Below, piece by piece: positions 12,752 through 25,456 of a DNA stretch of 64,000 bases. Source of the stretch: Octopus bimaculoides (taxonomy: Eukaryota); the NCBI RefSeq assembly GCF_001194135.2, contig NC_068981.1, positions 79,785,941-79,849,940 of the forward strand. Direction: 5' to 3'. Both the position numbers and the translations under genes were made by a program. Within the stretch, counting starts at the first letter, position 1; every line of letters starts with the position of its first letter. The notes under the pieces are model-generated. The model was not told the origin of the DNA and searched no databases. It was given only the letters and a program-made list of their open reading frames with translations.

Positions 12752-12977
12752 TTTAACACTTTTGCAATAAGTTTACTCAATGAAATGTAATGCTTATTTA
12801 TTCATTGTTTTGAATTAATCACGCATTGTCTCATAGCTTCAAGATTTTTATGGTGTGATTGTTTATTTTTAGAATGGCATTGAAGGGTAGGCACGAGATG
12901 TAAGCTCTGGCCAGTTTGAACATAGAACAAGTAGAATATTTGGGCTGGATATGGCTTGTTTAAATGCTAAAGGGTTA
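12752..12977 (-). mobile_element. piggyBac-type MITE (TTAA-flanked family)
   Basis: Ends aatgctaaagggttaa; body matches copies at 43211 and 58947. Confidence 0.7.
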
Positions 12978-13080
12978 AAGATATAATGAACAGGAAAAAC
13001 TTTGGTAATATATTTAAATTACTTTTCAAAAACCAATTCTTTTATAAACAAAAATATTTTAAAATATAAAGTTGACCAAC

Positions 13081-13179
13081 CGTGTAAACATCTTTGTATA
13101 TGTAAGTGTACAGCCAATCATGAACGACAACATTCCATGTGCGGTAGTAATTGGAAAAAGTTGTTGAGTTCCACCAATC
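13081..13179 (-). CDS. SOAT1: SOAT exon K (99 nt): [33 protein letters not shown]
   Basis: tggtag acceptor, ACG|gttggt donor; DWWN and YYRTWN acyl-CoA-binding motifs. Confidence 0.97.
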
Positions 13180-13575
13180 CTACCAATTAATCATAAAAAA
13201 CCAACATGAAAATGACTGAAAGTATTCAGATATACATAAGCAAACAATTTCTTACTTGTGGTTAAACATTTTTACATATTCCTTAATTTATGTGGTTGCA
13301 GTAACAATGAGTGCTGGGTCATGAAATGAGAACAAATGTCTCAATATCATTTTACAAAAGCAAATTTTGTTAGCAATTTATGTATACTGAAACAAATATC
13401 TAGAGTCTTTTTAAAAATAACCTGCCAATTTTGTTTCTAGATTTACAATATTTTAAATAGAAACATCAACAGTTTTATATGAAATGGAACAACAAAACAA
13501 AACAGGAGACACGTTTAAAAGCACCTAATAATGACTCATCTTTGGATTTTATATTTTTTTAGCATGTGAATTTTA

Positions 13576-13950
13576 GCAGGCATGGCTGTGTGGCAAGTAG
13601 TTTGCTTCCCAACCACATGGTTCCAGGTTCAGTTCCACTATGTGGCACCTTCGGCAAGTGTCTTCTACTATAGCTTCAGGTTGACCAAAGCCTTGTAAGT
13701 GGATTTGATAGACAGAAACTGAAAGAAGTCTGCTCTGTGTGTGTGTGTCTGCATTTGTCCCCACCACTGCTTGAAAACTAGTGTTGGTGTGTTCACATCC
13801 CCACAACTTAGCAGTTCAGCAAAAGAGACCGATAGGATAAGTACCAGGCTTAATAAAAAATAAAGTACTGGGGTCAATTTGTTGAACTAAGATTCTTCAA
13901 AGCAGCACCCCAGCATGGCCACAGTCTAATGACTGAAACAAGTCAAAGAT
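13576..13950 (+). mobile_element. SINE family B, near full length
   Basis: Head ggcatggctgtgtgg...ggttccaggttcagtt; tail atgactgaaacaagt. Confidence 0.85.
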
Positions 13951-14214
13951 AAAATCGTTTATTAGCTCTTTTTTTTTGAAAGGAAGATACACTTTTGTAT
14001 CAGACTTTGAAGTAAAACATACAAATGATAAGTTTATATGAGGCACTTAGTTTTCCTTTCTTTGAGCTACAGATATGGGTAATATAAAATGGTATTCTAT
14101 TGAAACTTAAAATGGTTAAACAATAATGTCATTCTAATTGCTTCAATAGCTTAAAAAGTACAATGTTAGAAAAAGCACAGAAAATAAAATTTTAAAAAAA
14201 CAAAATTTCCCTAC

Positions 14215-14291
14215 TTTATAGAAAAGACGGTCACCAAATCTTAACATTTCAGCAAATGCATTCAACCATGAGTGAAGTATGGCAAAGAACC
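14215..14291 (-). CDS. SOAT1: SOAT exon J (77 nt): [25 protein letters not shown]
   Basis: tttcag acceptor, AAA|gtaggg donor; matches [25 protein letters not shown]. Confidence 0.97.
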
Positions 14292-14540
14292 CTGAAAGTC
14301 ACCAGATAAAAAGAAAATTAAATCTTTCAAAATTAACTGTAGGACATTTAAAATTGGATTTTTCTTTAGAATTAATAGTGCAGGATTATACACAGACTAT
14401 AGATATCTTGTGTCAAAATAAGTGTTGTTCAAAATATGATATATTATTCACTTAATGATCTAACATAAATTATTTGGCCAGCTGAAACAGAAAAACTAAA
14501 CATTCTTCCAGATAGTTCTACTGTATCAAATGTTACAACC

Positions 14541-15935
14541 AAGTTTCAGGTGTGGAAGCAAGGTCTAGAATTGAAGGGCCTTAGAGTCAACCTAGCTAAA
14601 ACCAAAATCCTAATAAGTAGGAAGGTAGATAAAACACAAACCCCTTCAGGTAGATGGCCCTGCTCAGTATGTAGAAAAGGAGTAGGTAGTAACTCTATAA
14701 GATGTACCCGGTGCAAGCTATGGACACATAAGAGGTGCAGCAACATCAAAGGCAGGTTAACTAGCAAGTTAGTTTTTGTTTGTGGCAGATGTTCAGGTGC
14801 AATAAAGACTGCAAACAAACAGGAAACAACTTCTATCTCATTCCAGGGTGAAAAACTAGAGGTAGTNNNNNNNNNNNNNNNNNNNNNNNNNNNNNNNNNN
14901 NNNNNNNNNNNNNNNNNNNNNNNNNNNNNNNNNNNNNNNNNNNNNNNNNNNNNNNNNNNNNNNNNNNNNNNNNNNNNNNNNNNNNNNNNNNNNNNNNNNN
15001 NNNNNNNNNNNNNNNNNNNNNNNNNNNNNNNNNNNNNNNNNNNNNNNNNNNNNNNNNNNNNNNNNNNNNNNNNNNNNNNNNNNNNNNNNNNNNNNNNNNN
15101 NNNNNNNNNNNNNNNNNNNNNNNNNNNNNNNNNNNNNNNNNNNNNNNNNNNNNNNNNNNNNNNNNNNNNNNNNNNNNNNNNNNNNNNNNNNNNNNNNNNN
15201 NNNNNNNNNNNNNNNNNNNNNNNNNNNNNNNNNNNNNNNNNNNNNNNNNNNNNNNNNNNNNNNNNNNNNNNNNNNNNNNNNNNNNNNNNNNNNNNNNNNN
15301 NNNNNNNNNNNNNNNNNNNNNNNNNNNNNNNNNNNNNNNNNNNNNNNNNNNNNNNNNNNNNNNNNNNNNNNNNNNNNNNNNNNNNNNNNNNNNNNNNNNN
15401 NNNNNNNNNNNNNNNNNNNNNNNNNNNNNNNNNNNNNNNNNNNNNNNNNNNNNNNNNNNNNNNNNNNNNNNNNNNNNNNNNNNNNNNNNNNNNNNNNNNN
15501 NNNNNNNNNNNNNNNNNNNNNNNNNNNNNNNNNNNNNNNNNNNNNNNNNNNNNNNNNNNNNNNNNNNNNNNNNNNNNNNNNNNNNNNNNNNNNNNNNNNN
15601 NNNNNNNNNNNNNNNNNNNNNNNNNNNNNNNNNNNNNNNNNNNNNNNNNNNNNNNNNNNNNNNNNNNNNNNNNNNNNNNNNNNNNNNNNNNNNNNNNNNG
15701 GCACATAAAAGACACCATTTCGAGCGTGGCCGTTTTCGTGCGGGTGACACGTAAAAGCACCCACTACACTCTCTGAGTGGTTGGCGTTAGGAAGGGCATC
15801 CAGCTGTAGAAACTCTGCCAAATCAGACTGGAGCCTGGTGTTGCCATCCGGTTTCACCAGTCCTCAGTCAAATCGTCCAACCCATGCTAGCATGGAAAGC
15901 GGACGTTAAACGATGATGATGATGATGATGATGAA
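14541..15935 (+). mobile_element. 5'-truncated young RTE-clade LINE (RT C-terminal part with PHD-like insert, gap, 3' UTR, (GAT)n tail)
   Basis: Uninterrupted ORF GLRVNLAKTK...GEKLEV up to the gap; 3' UTR and (gat)n tail after the gap. Linkage across the gap is assumed. Confidence 0.85.
14867..15699. other. Assembly gap (833 N)
   Basis: N run. Confidence 1.
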
Positions 15936-16634
15936 GGTTCCAAGTCCTAAAGTAAAGCAATACACCCAACACAAAGAGGTTAATGACAGTAAAAAACAGA
16001 AAAAAAAAAAAAAAAAAAAAAGACAGGATAGTTATAAATTATTTGAATGCTTGTAATTTTGGGTTCAAAATAACCCCTGCAGATCATTGAGAATCTCAAA
16101 TAACCTGGGTTAAATGGCTCCAAGTGAAATCAATACAAATCCAGAGTTGTGGATTGGTGAAACTGAGAATATCACACTGGATGCCTACTGGTATTTGATC
16201 CAGCTCTATGAAACAGCTATTTTGCAGGGTAGTGTGTTTTGGTTTACTATAGATTCAATACAATTTAAGGTGTTTTTGAATTTGTTACAAAGCAATTATT
16301 ATACACATACAGATAGATATACATACACTGTTGTTAAAACATTGTGCGCTTATCCATACAGGGACAAACACATGATGTGTTGTTAATGCAATGAACACAC
16401 ACAAAGGAAATGCCTTTTCCTACCCAGGACATACCTTTTTCCTCTCATCTTCATTTTACCTACTTTCCCATCCACCCAAATCTACCACTGCTGCTACCAG
16501 TGCTTTTGCATGCATTCATGATCATTCATCACACACACATATAATCATATACACAATCAAAGATACAAGGGAGAAGCACATGGTTGCATAGTACAGACTT
16601 TCAAAGGGATGCACACACACACACACACACACTG

Positions 16635-17932
16635 ACCAATTGCAATACAGATTTATCAAGAAGTACATTATCCAAGAAATCCTTTATTTCAAGATGGCAA
16701 GGTGCAGTTTACAGAGGTCAAGCAACAACATAGATTGAGCAGGGCCTTTCCATTTTGTTCGATGACTTTTGCCATATTTCTAGCAACTTCATGATTCTAT
16801 GCTCATAGAACTTCTGGTCCTTATCAGCCAAAAACTGATGCAAGTACGATTTCAGGTCATCATCATTATTGAAAGTTTTACCATTCAAAGAATTTTGCAG
16901 ATTTCGAAATAAATGGTAATCTGATGGTGCAAGGTCAGGGCTGTATGATGGATGTGACATCACTTCCCAACCAAGCTCCAATAATTTTTCATGAGTTAGC
17001 AAAGACATGTGTGGTCTAGCATTGTCATGGTGGAACACAATTCCTTTATGAATTGCCAATTCTGGCCATTTTTCTTTGATTGCTTCCTCCAGTTTCATTA
17101 GTTTTTGAAAGTAAACATCTGAATTGATAGTTCCTTGGAAGCAGCTCAAAATATACAACACCTTTGTAATCCCACCAAATTGACAGCATAAGTGTTTTTG
17201 ATCCAATTCAGCTTTCGATGTGGTTTGTGCTGGTTCATTACGCTTGGACCATGATTGTTTTCAATTAATGTTATTGTAGACAATCCATTTTTCATCACCA
17301 GTGATGATAGCTTTCAAAAAAAGGTAATTTTCATTGCATTTGAGATGCATATCGCAAATATTGATTCCTTGTGTTAAGTGAATCTTTTTTAATTTATGTG
17401 GAACCCAAATACCAAGATTCTTAATGAGTCCAAGACATTGTAAATGATTTTCAATTCTTGCGTGTGATACATTTAACTTATCTGCAATCTCTTGCACAGT
17501 CACATGACAATCAGATTCAGTTATGGCTTTGATTCGGTCATCATTAACTTCAGTAGGTTGATCAGAACATTGGTCACCTTTGAGTGAAAAATCTCCAGAG
17601 CAGAATTTTTAAAACTATTTCTGACATGTGTGTTCTGTTAAGCAATCAACACTATAAACTTCACATATCTTTTTGTGAGCCTCAGCAGCTTTCTTACCTT
17701 TATGGAAATTAAAAAAGCAAAATATGGGGAAAATTTCCGTTTTTGCACTCCATGTTAAAATGTTAAAATTGACACTAAACTAACAGCTGTAAACAAAATT
17801 ACATGCAATTTGCTTCTAAAGTAAGCAAAAAGTAAAGGCAATGAAATGTCAAAAGGAAAAAATCATAACATTGACAAAAGTCATTCAAAAAAATCTGTAA
17901 TTATTTGTAATTACTTTCTTGCCAACCCAATA
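16635..17932 (-). mobile_element. Degenerate mariner (D,D34D) transposon
   Basis: ORFs with ITGDEKW, HHDNARPH and YSPDLAPSDYHLF; TIR tattgggttggcaagaaagtaa at the right end; frameshifts and stops. Confidence 0.93.
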
Positions 17933-18139
17933 GGTTGAACTGATTGACTAACTACTTATCTAATAGTTAATTAATTCTACTGAAAATAAAATTAAGCCTC
18001 TCAGAGATTGTTTGGAGTGAAAACATTAATTCTACTGACTCAAAAGGAATTTCTATGTCAATAAAATAATAATACTTATTAACCCTTTTACTAGTTTCAG
18101 TCACTGAACGGTGACCATGTTGGAGCAGTGCAGTGAAGG

Positions 18140-18425
18140 GTTCATACAATCAAATTGAACCCAGTACTTACTATGTTGGCCTCTTCTTATTAAATTACTA
18201 ACTTATGGGGATGTAAACAAACCAACACTGGTCATCAAGTAGTGAGAAGTAAACAGAGACACTCATACATCTATACATATACATGGGGCTTCCACCAAAT
18301 TCACTAACAAGGCATTGGTTCACTCAGGGTGATAGAAAACATTTGGCTCCCTGCTAGCCAGCTCCATGTCAAACCATCCAACCCATGCCAGCATGGAGAG
18401 CGGATGGTAAACGATGATGATGACA
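18140..18425 (-). mobile_element. SINE B remnant fused to an old RTE tail
   Basis: aaacaaaccaacactggtcatcaag, then aaccatccaacccatgccagcatgg...gatgatgat. Confidence 0.6.
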
Positions 18426-19800
18426 ATGGTGATATTTTCTTTTGCTGATGCAGGCCATCGCTAATATTTACCAATAATATTCAATGCATGAAACACAATA
18501 AAACTAAAGTGCATGATAATTTTTCTAGCTCTGTCTGCCTATATTTGTAATGGTTTCAAATCCTATGGGTCTCACTTTTGTGATATGACTGTGTTGCAAT
18601 GTATATGCTTCACTATAAGACATCCACATCAGCAATTCCTGGATATTTATCTTGTGTGCTAGCATGGTAAATAAGAACTACGAGGAAATTAGGTAGCTGC
18701 TTTGCTAAAATTTTTTATTTACTAATACTTTATCGAATACAACAATTACATTTAAGCCTTGAAAGCATAAAAATATATGGACAAAGGAAGTATGATTTAT
18801 GATAGACAAAGAACTTAATAGTTAGGAGTTTGATCATTTTTTTGCTCATTTTATGGCTGGTTTTCCATGCTAGCATGGATTAGATAAATACATATTACTG
18901 AAGCATTCTTTATACAATCAATGCTCTTCCTGTTGTAAGCTTTTACCTGCCTTTCAAGGAAGGAAATTTCCAATCCATTCATTTCCAAAAGCATAGGGCC
19001 ACTGGTTGATTTCTTGACAGGGAAATGTCTACAAATGTTATCACCTGAAGCTCAGCAATCTTTTTTGAAAGTGCACAGATAGTAAACATTCACACAGACA
19101 CACACACATTTTATTATGGTCATATCAGTCGCTTACTTCTCAAAGTTTCTTCTATAGATGCACGGGATCTTTAGGCAAGTTATGAGTCATAACTTGCCTG
19201 AAGATCCTAAGGTGGGACTCAGAGCAGCAAGAGACGGACTTGATCAAAATAAAATATGTCATTAATTTCTACTATAGTACTGAATAATCTTTTCCCTCTT
19301 TCCACCAGTTAACACTAAATGCATGCATGGATGGATGGATAGATACATGCATGCATACAACACATACACACACACATGATAGGCTTTGTACAGTTTCTGT
19401 TTACCAAATTCATTCACAAGGCATTAGTCAAGATTTGAGGTTTTGCACAGAAGGAGTAAACCCAAACCATGTGGTTATGAAGCAAATTTCTTAACCACAA
19501 ACCATGTCTGCTAGAAACTGATATAATTATTGCTAGTTTAGCAATAATTGTACAAGTTTAGAATTATCAGCGTCAGTTTTGACATTATTTTGATTTCATA
19601 AGGTCAGTAAGGCAACTAGAGAAGTAACAGGGGGACATTTCATAACATTTGTCTTTTCCCATACCTATTTGATGACAAGGAGTTGGTAAGTCTCAAGTCA
19701 GGAAAATTGTGACAATGCAGGTGTATGCAAGTTTTCAATTCAGCTGTATCTGCCTGATACGGAACACACAAAATCCATAAAGAACAAAAAAAAAAAAAAA

Positions 19801-19810
19801 NNNNNNNNNN
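19801..19810. other. Assembly gap (10 N) within poly(A)
   Basis: N run. Confidence 1.
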
Positions 19811-20858
19811 AAAAAAAAAAAAAAAAACCCAACCTATCCTAGTTTGTCACAGGGATTTTGTTTTTAAAAAAGTGATAATGGAACAAATGGTAGATTCATT
19901 GACACCAAACTCACACTGTAGTGAAGCTTCTACTTTCATATTTTCTAGATCATTTCTCTGCCTTTTCTTGAAGAGAATACACTTGTCTGCATTGTTTGTT
20001 AGGATCAGGCATCTTTGTATTTGTATGAGTATGCAAATCCGTAGATAAAAATATGCATCCTCACAGTATGGTCATTTAAACACAAGTGACAGTCAGTGCA
20101 CTCTGGGCAGCAGAGCACTATGGCTGATTACCAGGCCATGTTTTTGTGGTATAAGCAGAATTCTCGACTGATTGCTGACCTATGTTATCACAGGTCAATT
20201 TGTAACAAGCATAACATGGTTCACAAGTGAGTATCGTGTTGTTCTGATTCAGAAATGAATCAGTGATAAATGGAGAGCAAGAAACTCTTCCAACAATTTA
20301 AACAAAAAGTTTAATTTACAGAAAAATTCAACCTAAATGAATATGGATAAAAAAATAATACTTTAATAGAATAAGACTTTAAATAGAATAAATGTTATAA
20401 TTCTATTTATTACATCATCATTCTTATCCAGATACATTTTCCCTGTGCTGTTAAGAGTTGGATGGGTCTGAAATACATCCGCCTGTATGTTCTGTTTTTT
20501 TTTTTTTTTTGCACAGTGTTGTATGTTATTAGATTGTGGCTGGAGATTTTAAGGCTGGATGTCCTTTCTATTAGTTGCCAATAGATTCAATGGAGTGGGT
20601 GAAGACTATCTATTCCGATAGTAACATCAGAAAATTCTTCTTAGATTTCAAGATTTTTCTAAATTGAACCTATTGATTGCTGGTCTGTAATGAGTGGGGA
20701 CAGGAAGTGAGGAATTAAGTTGTATTTCAAATATCTAGCAATTGTTAAAATACTCATGGTAAAACTTCCTATTTCTCTAATAACTAATTAATATAAAAAT
20801 CTGAAGCTTCATGCTTATGTTAAAAAAAAATTGTAGCAGTTTAGTGCTAAATACTTAC

Positions 20859-21055
20859 CAATGAAGAGCACAAGAGTGCCAGGTAACATACAACCAAAGA
20901 CCGATAATAACAGAGCCTTTGGAGTAACATGTTCCCGGTTAAAGTTTCTGAAGACAGGCACACAGAAGCGTTCAAATATATAGTAAGTGTAGAAAAGGCA
21001 TGCCAATACTTGAGAAAAATTACTAACAACATAATTCCAACGGATTTTCTGAGTC
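20859..21055 (-). CDS. SOAT1: SOAT exon I (197 nt): TQKIRWNYVVSNFSQVLACLFYTYYIFERFCVPVFRNFNREHVTPKALLLSVFGCMLPGTLVLFI-G
   Basis: ccacag acceptor, G|gtaagt donor; inside supplied ORF 20815..21114. Confidence 0.97.
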
Positions 21056-22029
21056 CTGTGGTAGAGAAGAAAAAAGCAAAGTATGTATAAGACAGTATCA
21101 AAACAATACAACACTTCAAAGAGAGTTAATATATTCAGACATTTAAACGGAATTGGTTACATTGTTTTTTTTATTTTGTTATTGTATTTTGGTGCAATAT
21201 TTTTACAGACAGGCAAAAGACAAATGGATTAACATACTTTGCTCAGGCGTATGGCAATACAATCTGAAGTTATGATCATGTGGGGTTAATTCCAGCACCT
21301 TAACTTCACAACCACTATGCTATATACATACTACATACATATATACATACATGATGGCTGTCAACTTGTTGACAAGTATGATCAACACTAATGTTAAATC
21401 AATAACACCTTGTACAACACCACTAAGTCTCTCTCTCTCCACCTTCAAAGTCAAATAGTCCAGAAACAAGCAAATGCAAGATATCCGGCTTCACAATGAG
21501 GCAGGTGCTATTTCAGAATATCCTTCTCCTAAAGAAATGTCTAAACAAAGACTAGGGGTATCTCACTCTCAGGTATTGGATGGCTGTTGATTCTACTGAG
21601 TTCATCTAGCCTTTGACAGGTTTTGTTTCTCATTAGGCATGGTGACTCATGAAAACCACCCTCCTTACTATGCACACTTGGTTAGAATACCAGTTTAGTC
21701 ACTGACAGCCTAACTAAGTGTACACACACATATGAATGGCGTCACATTAACGCAGATAGGAGACAAACATGTGCCAAAAGTTTGAACCTTTATGTATTAT
21801 GTAGCAAATAACAGGCATTTTCATATTTATTTTAATCTATGTATTGCTCTGCAAAGTACATGCTTCATAATGTAGTCAGCAAAATTTATCTAATTACTGC
21901 CAGATTAGAAAGAAAGTTGCTGCCAATGAGTATTGGTGATTGGCAGAATAATAAGGAATTTCTATAATGCTAATTAAGAAGGCTTAACAGCAGAGCTCAT
22001 CACAATCTGTCAATGTCTGCTCTTTGATC

Positions 22030-22350
22030 CTATGTACAAATGGCTCAGTGATTGGAGTGTCGGGCTCACAATCATGAGGCTGTGAGTTTGATTCCTGGAT
22101 CGGACTGCGTGTTGCATTCTTGATCTAGATACTGTATTTCATGTTGCTCCACTTAACTCAGCTGTAGAAATGAGTTGCGACATCACTGGTGCCAAGCTGT
22201 ATCGGCCTTCGCCTTTCCCTTAGATAACATCGGTGGTGTGGAGAGGGGAGGCTGGCATGCATGGGCGACTGCTGGCCTTGTGCCTAGGAGGGAAACTTTC
22301 TAGGTGCAATCCCATGGCCATTCATGACCAAAGGGGGTCTTTACCTATTA
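22030..22350 (+). mobile_element. tRNA-derived SINE family C
   Basis: Head atggctcagtgattggagtg...gagtttgattcctgg; reverse-complement match to 28293-28628. Confidence 0.8.
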
Positions 22351-22727
22351 CTCTATGCATAAATGCTAAAATAATTGCCAGTTTAGCTAAGTAATAATAA
22401 TCTTCTTATATTACTGGTAGATTGCAATATTAGTAGCGGTGTGAAGTTTGAAACTAGATTTTAGAAGTTTATAAACTGGCATCATAGACAACATTGTCAA
22501 TATCCATGCTCAGTAGATCCTTAATTGTTCAAAACAATTCAACTTCAAATATATTAGTCTTTATTAAATTCTAATTAACTAAAATATATTTTCAAAGAAG
22601 ATAATCTTGTAATAAAGATAATGTAAAAAAAAAAAAAAAGCTATGTTCAGAAAAATAAAGATAAAAGGGATGCAAGAAATTGAGATAATATGTACAACAT
22701 TTTGTTAAAAAGAATTATTTTTCTTAC

Positions 22728-22812
22728 CTTGGATAAGAATCTCTATAAATAAGAGTTGGAGAAAACAAAAAATAAAGATATTTTGAAAAATCTGGACAAA
22801 CATTATCATCAC
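22728..22812 (-). CDS. SOAT1: SOAT exon H (85 nt): [28 protein letters not shown]
   Basis: tatccag acceptor, AG|gtaaga donor; [18 protein letters not shown] motif. Confidence 0.97.
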
Positions 22813-23065
22813 CTGGATAAGAGCAAAAAATAGATCAAAATATAAGATATAATACATATATTTAAAAGCATAAGATATATCATATAAAATTCATAATAAA
22901 AAGCACATACAAAGAATGATATAGAGTTACAAAAGAACTCGGAGAGTTAAGATTACATAATGAAATATGAAGTTATAGTAACTGAAGAAATCCTACTTTG
23001 AAAATTAAGGGAAGATGATGGTAGTTTTCATACTGAACAATATAAAATAATTAGCCAACACTTAC

Positions 23066-23141
23066 TATCTGCTTTTTTGTAGTTCAAAACCTTTGGTACA
23101 TTTTCTCGAACAAACGAGTGAACTTTCATTATTAGCCGTAA
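23066..23141 (-). CDS. SOAT1: SOAT exon G (76 nt): LRLIMKVHSFVRENVPKVLNYKKAD-S
   Basis: Long pyrimidine tract + tag acceptor, A|gtaagt donor; MKxHSF motif. Confidence 0.96.
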
Positions 23142-23384
23142 CTACAAAGGAAGAAGAAAAAAAGAAACAAAACTGTGAGACTTCTTTAAATGACATTAAC
23201 AAAGTTGAAATTAGAACTCAGGCCAAACACATGAATATTACTGTTAATAAAATTAAAATAAATATCTAATTTTGGCTTACAGTTTATTGCACCCCTGGAT
23301 TGTAATGAATTTCAAAAACTTGGGGGCAGCATTTCAAAAATAATGAGAAAAGAATTCTATAAATATATGTGAACAGTTATGCTA

Positions 23385-23560
23385 CATGGCGGTGAAACAT
23401 GGGCTGTGACTGCTGAGGACATGCATAGGCTTGAAGGCTGGATGGAAAGTGTCAGTATGCAAAAACAACATTGTAAGTGATTTGAGAGAAAAACTGGGTA
23501 TACGAGGCATCAGATGTAGTCTGCAAGAGGGAAGGTTGTGCTGGTATGGTCATGTAATGA
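23385..23560 (+). mobile_element. RTE ORF2 C-terminal fragment
   Basis: LHGGETWAVT and LREKLGIRGI...RLCWYGHV resemble RTE LYGSETW and RLRWFGHV. Confidence 0.75.
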
Positions 23561-23962
23561 TTTGGTTTGGAATTCAGTCCTACTGTGTGTCACCTAGGGC
23601 AAGTGGTTTCTACTAAAGTCTCAAGCTGTGTGTGTGTGTGTGTGTGAAAGAGAGAGAGAGAGTGTGTGAGTGTGTATTAGTGTATGCATGTCTCCTTGTT
23701 TTGACATCACACACTAATTGTAAACAAATGTCACCATCATACAAATGGTGGGCATTTGTAATCTCCTATGAAAACAAGTCCAGCCATGTACTATTCATGT
23801 TCCAAAGACTAGGGGAAAATATTACCTTACATGGAAACAGGTGAGGGTTGATATGCCCATAGAAAATCTGACTTGATGGATTTCATCTGATGTATGCAAG
23901 TATGTAAAAGAGGACATTAAAATGATGATGGTGTTAATAATATATGGATGTGTGTGTGTGAA

Positions 23963-24177
23963 GGTGGCGAGCTGGCAGAATTGTTAGCATGTTGGGTGAA
24001 ATGCTTAGCAGTATTTTGTCTGTCTTTACGTTCTGAGTTCAAATTCTGCCAAGGTCGACTTTGCCTTTCAGCCTTTTGGGGTCGATAAATTAAGTGCCAG
24101 TTGCGTACTGGGGTCGATCTAATCGACTGGCCCCCTCCCCCAAAATTTCAGGCTCTGTGCCTAGAGTAGAAAAGAAT
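23963..24177 (+). mobile_element. SINE family A
   Basis: ggtggcgagctggcagaattgttagc...gagttcaaattctg. Confidence 0.88.
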
Positions 24178-24689
24178 ATATGGCTGTGTGTGCACACATG
24201 CAAATAAATGTGAATGCTGTCATTTCCATTTCTTTGCATAAACCCATCATCATCATATAACGTTTGTTTTCCATGCTGGCAGGAGATGGCCAGCTGAGGA
24301 GATGCCTGGGTCCCATGTTTATCTTGACATAGTTTCTACAACTGGATGCCATTCCTAATACCACTCAGAGCAAAAAACAGTGAAGTTATATTTACATTCC
24401 CTGTGAACAATATGTTCTGTAGTGCTATGCTTTGGAATTTAGAGAAATAAAAAGACTCTTTACTCGAAAAACAGGTAAAGGTGACAGGAAAGACATCCAG
24501 TTATAAAATACTGCCTCAAGTAAGTATCTGTTCAACCCATAAGGTATGTAAAGAGAGCAAAATTGTCTTTGATCAAACTTAGCTGCGATATGTGCTAGCA
24601 TTAAAAACAATACATTAAAAAAATGTAATCATCTTTTGCAAATAGTGAAGTTCCTAAATGCTCATCATATCATGTATTTTCTTTTATTC

Positions 24690-24904
24690 TTTTACTTGCT
24701 TCAGTCATTTGACTGTGGCCATGTTGGAACACAGCCTCAAAGAGTTTTACTCAAACAAATCGACCCCAGAACTTATTTTTTAAAGCCTAGTACTTATTCT
24801 ATCGGTCTCTTTTTGCCAAACCGCTAAATTACGGACACCAACACCAGTCATCAAGCAGTGATGGGGTGGGGGGGGGGCACAAACACAGACACAAAGACAC
24901 ACAT

Positions 24905-24947
<43 letters not shown>

Positions 24948-25092
24948 CCACAGGCTTCTTTCAGTTTCTCACAAAGCTTTGGTCAGCCCTAGGCAAAAGT
25001 AGAAGACATTTACCTAAGATGCCACACAGAGGAACTGAACCCAGAACCATGTAGTTGGGAAGCAAACTTCTTACCAAACAGCTGCGCCTATG
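24690..25092 (-). mobile_element. SINE family B
   Basis: Reverse-complement match to the 40460 copy, with internal (CA)(TA) tract. Confidence 0.8.
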
Positions 25093-25456
25093 TATAATTA
25101 TATATATATTTAAAGAATATTCATGAAAAAACATTTTCTTTCTTAAAAAAAAAACAAATCTTTTTGATATTCATTAGAGAACACTTTTTCATTAATCCCA
25201 ATCTTTCATTTCTTACTTTCTGCCCAGATTTCATTTTTATCAATTGTAATTTCTGAAGTAGCTGTGTGGTCAAGAAGTTTGCTTCCCAACTACACAGTTC
25301 TGGGTTCAGTCCCACAGCATGGTACATTGGGCAAGTGTCTTCTAATATAGGCCCAGTTTGACCAAAGCCATGAGAGTTTATTTGATAGAAACTAAAAGAT
25401 GCATGCATACATGCATACATACATACATGCATACATACATACATAATACATACATA

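Noticed and set aside
14867-15699. Missing SOAT exons hidden in gaps
   Set aside because: Phases and the protein alignment are continuous across all gap-containing introns, so no coding exon needs to be invoked.
14546-15857. Long ORFs of 300-400 aa in the supplied track (also 46940-48045 and 57434-58544)
   Set aside because: They are artefacts of reading through N gaps (runs of X). Only the short RTE and mariner parts next to the gaps are real.
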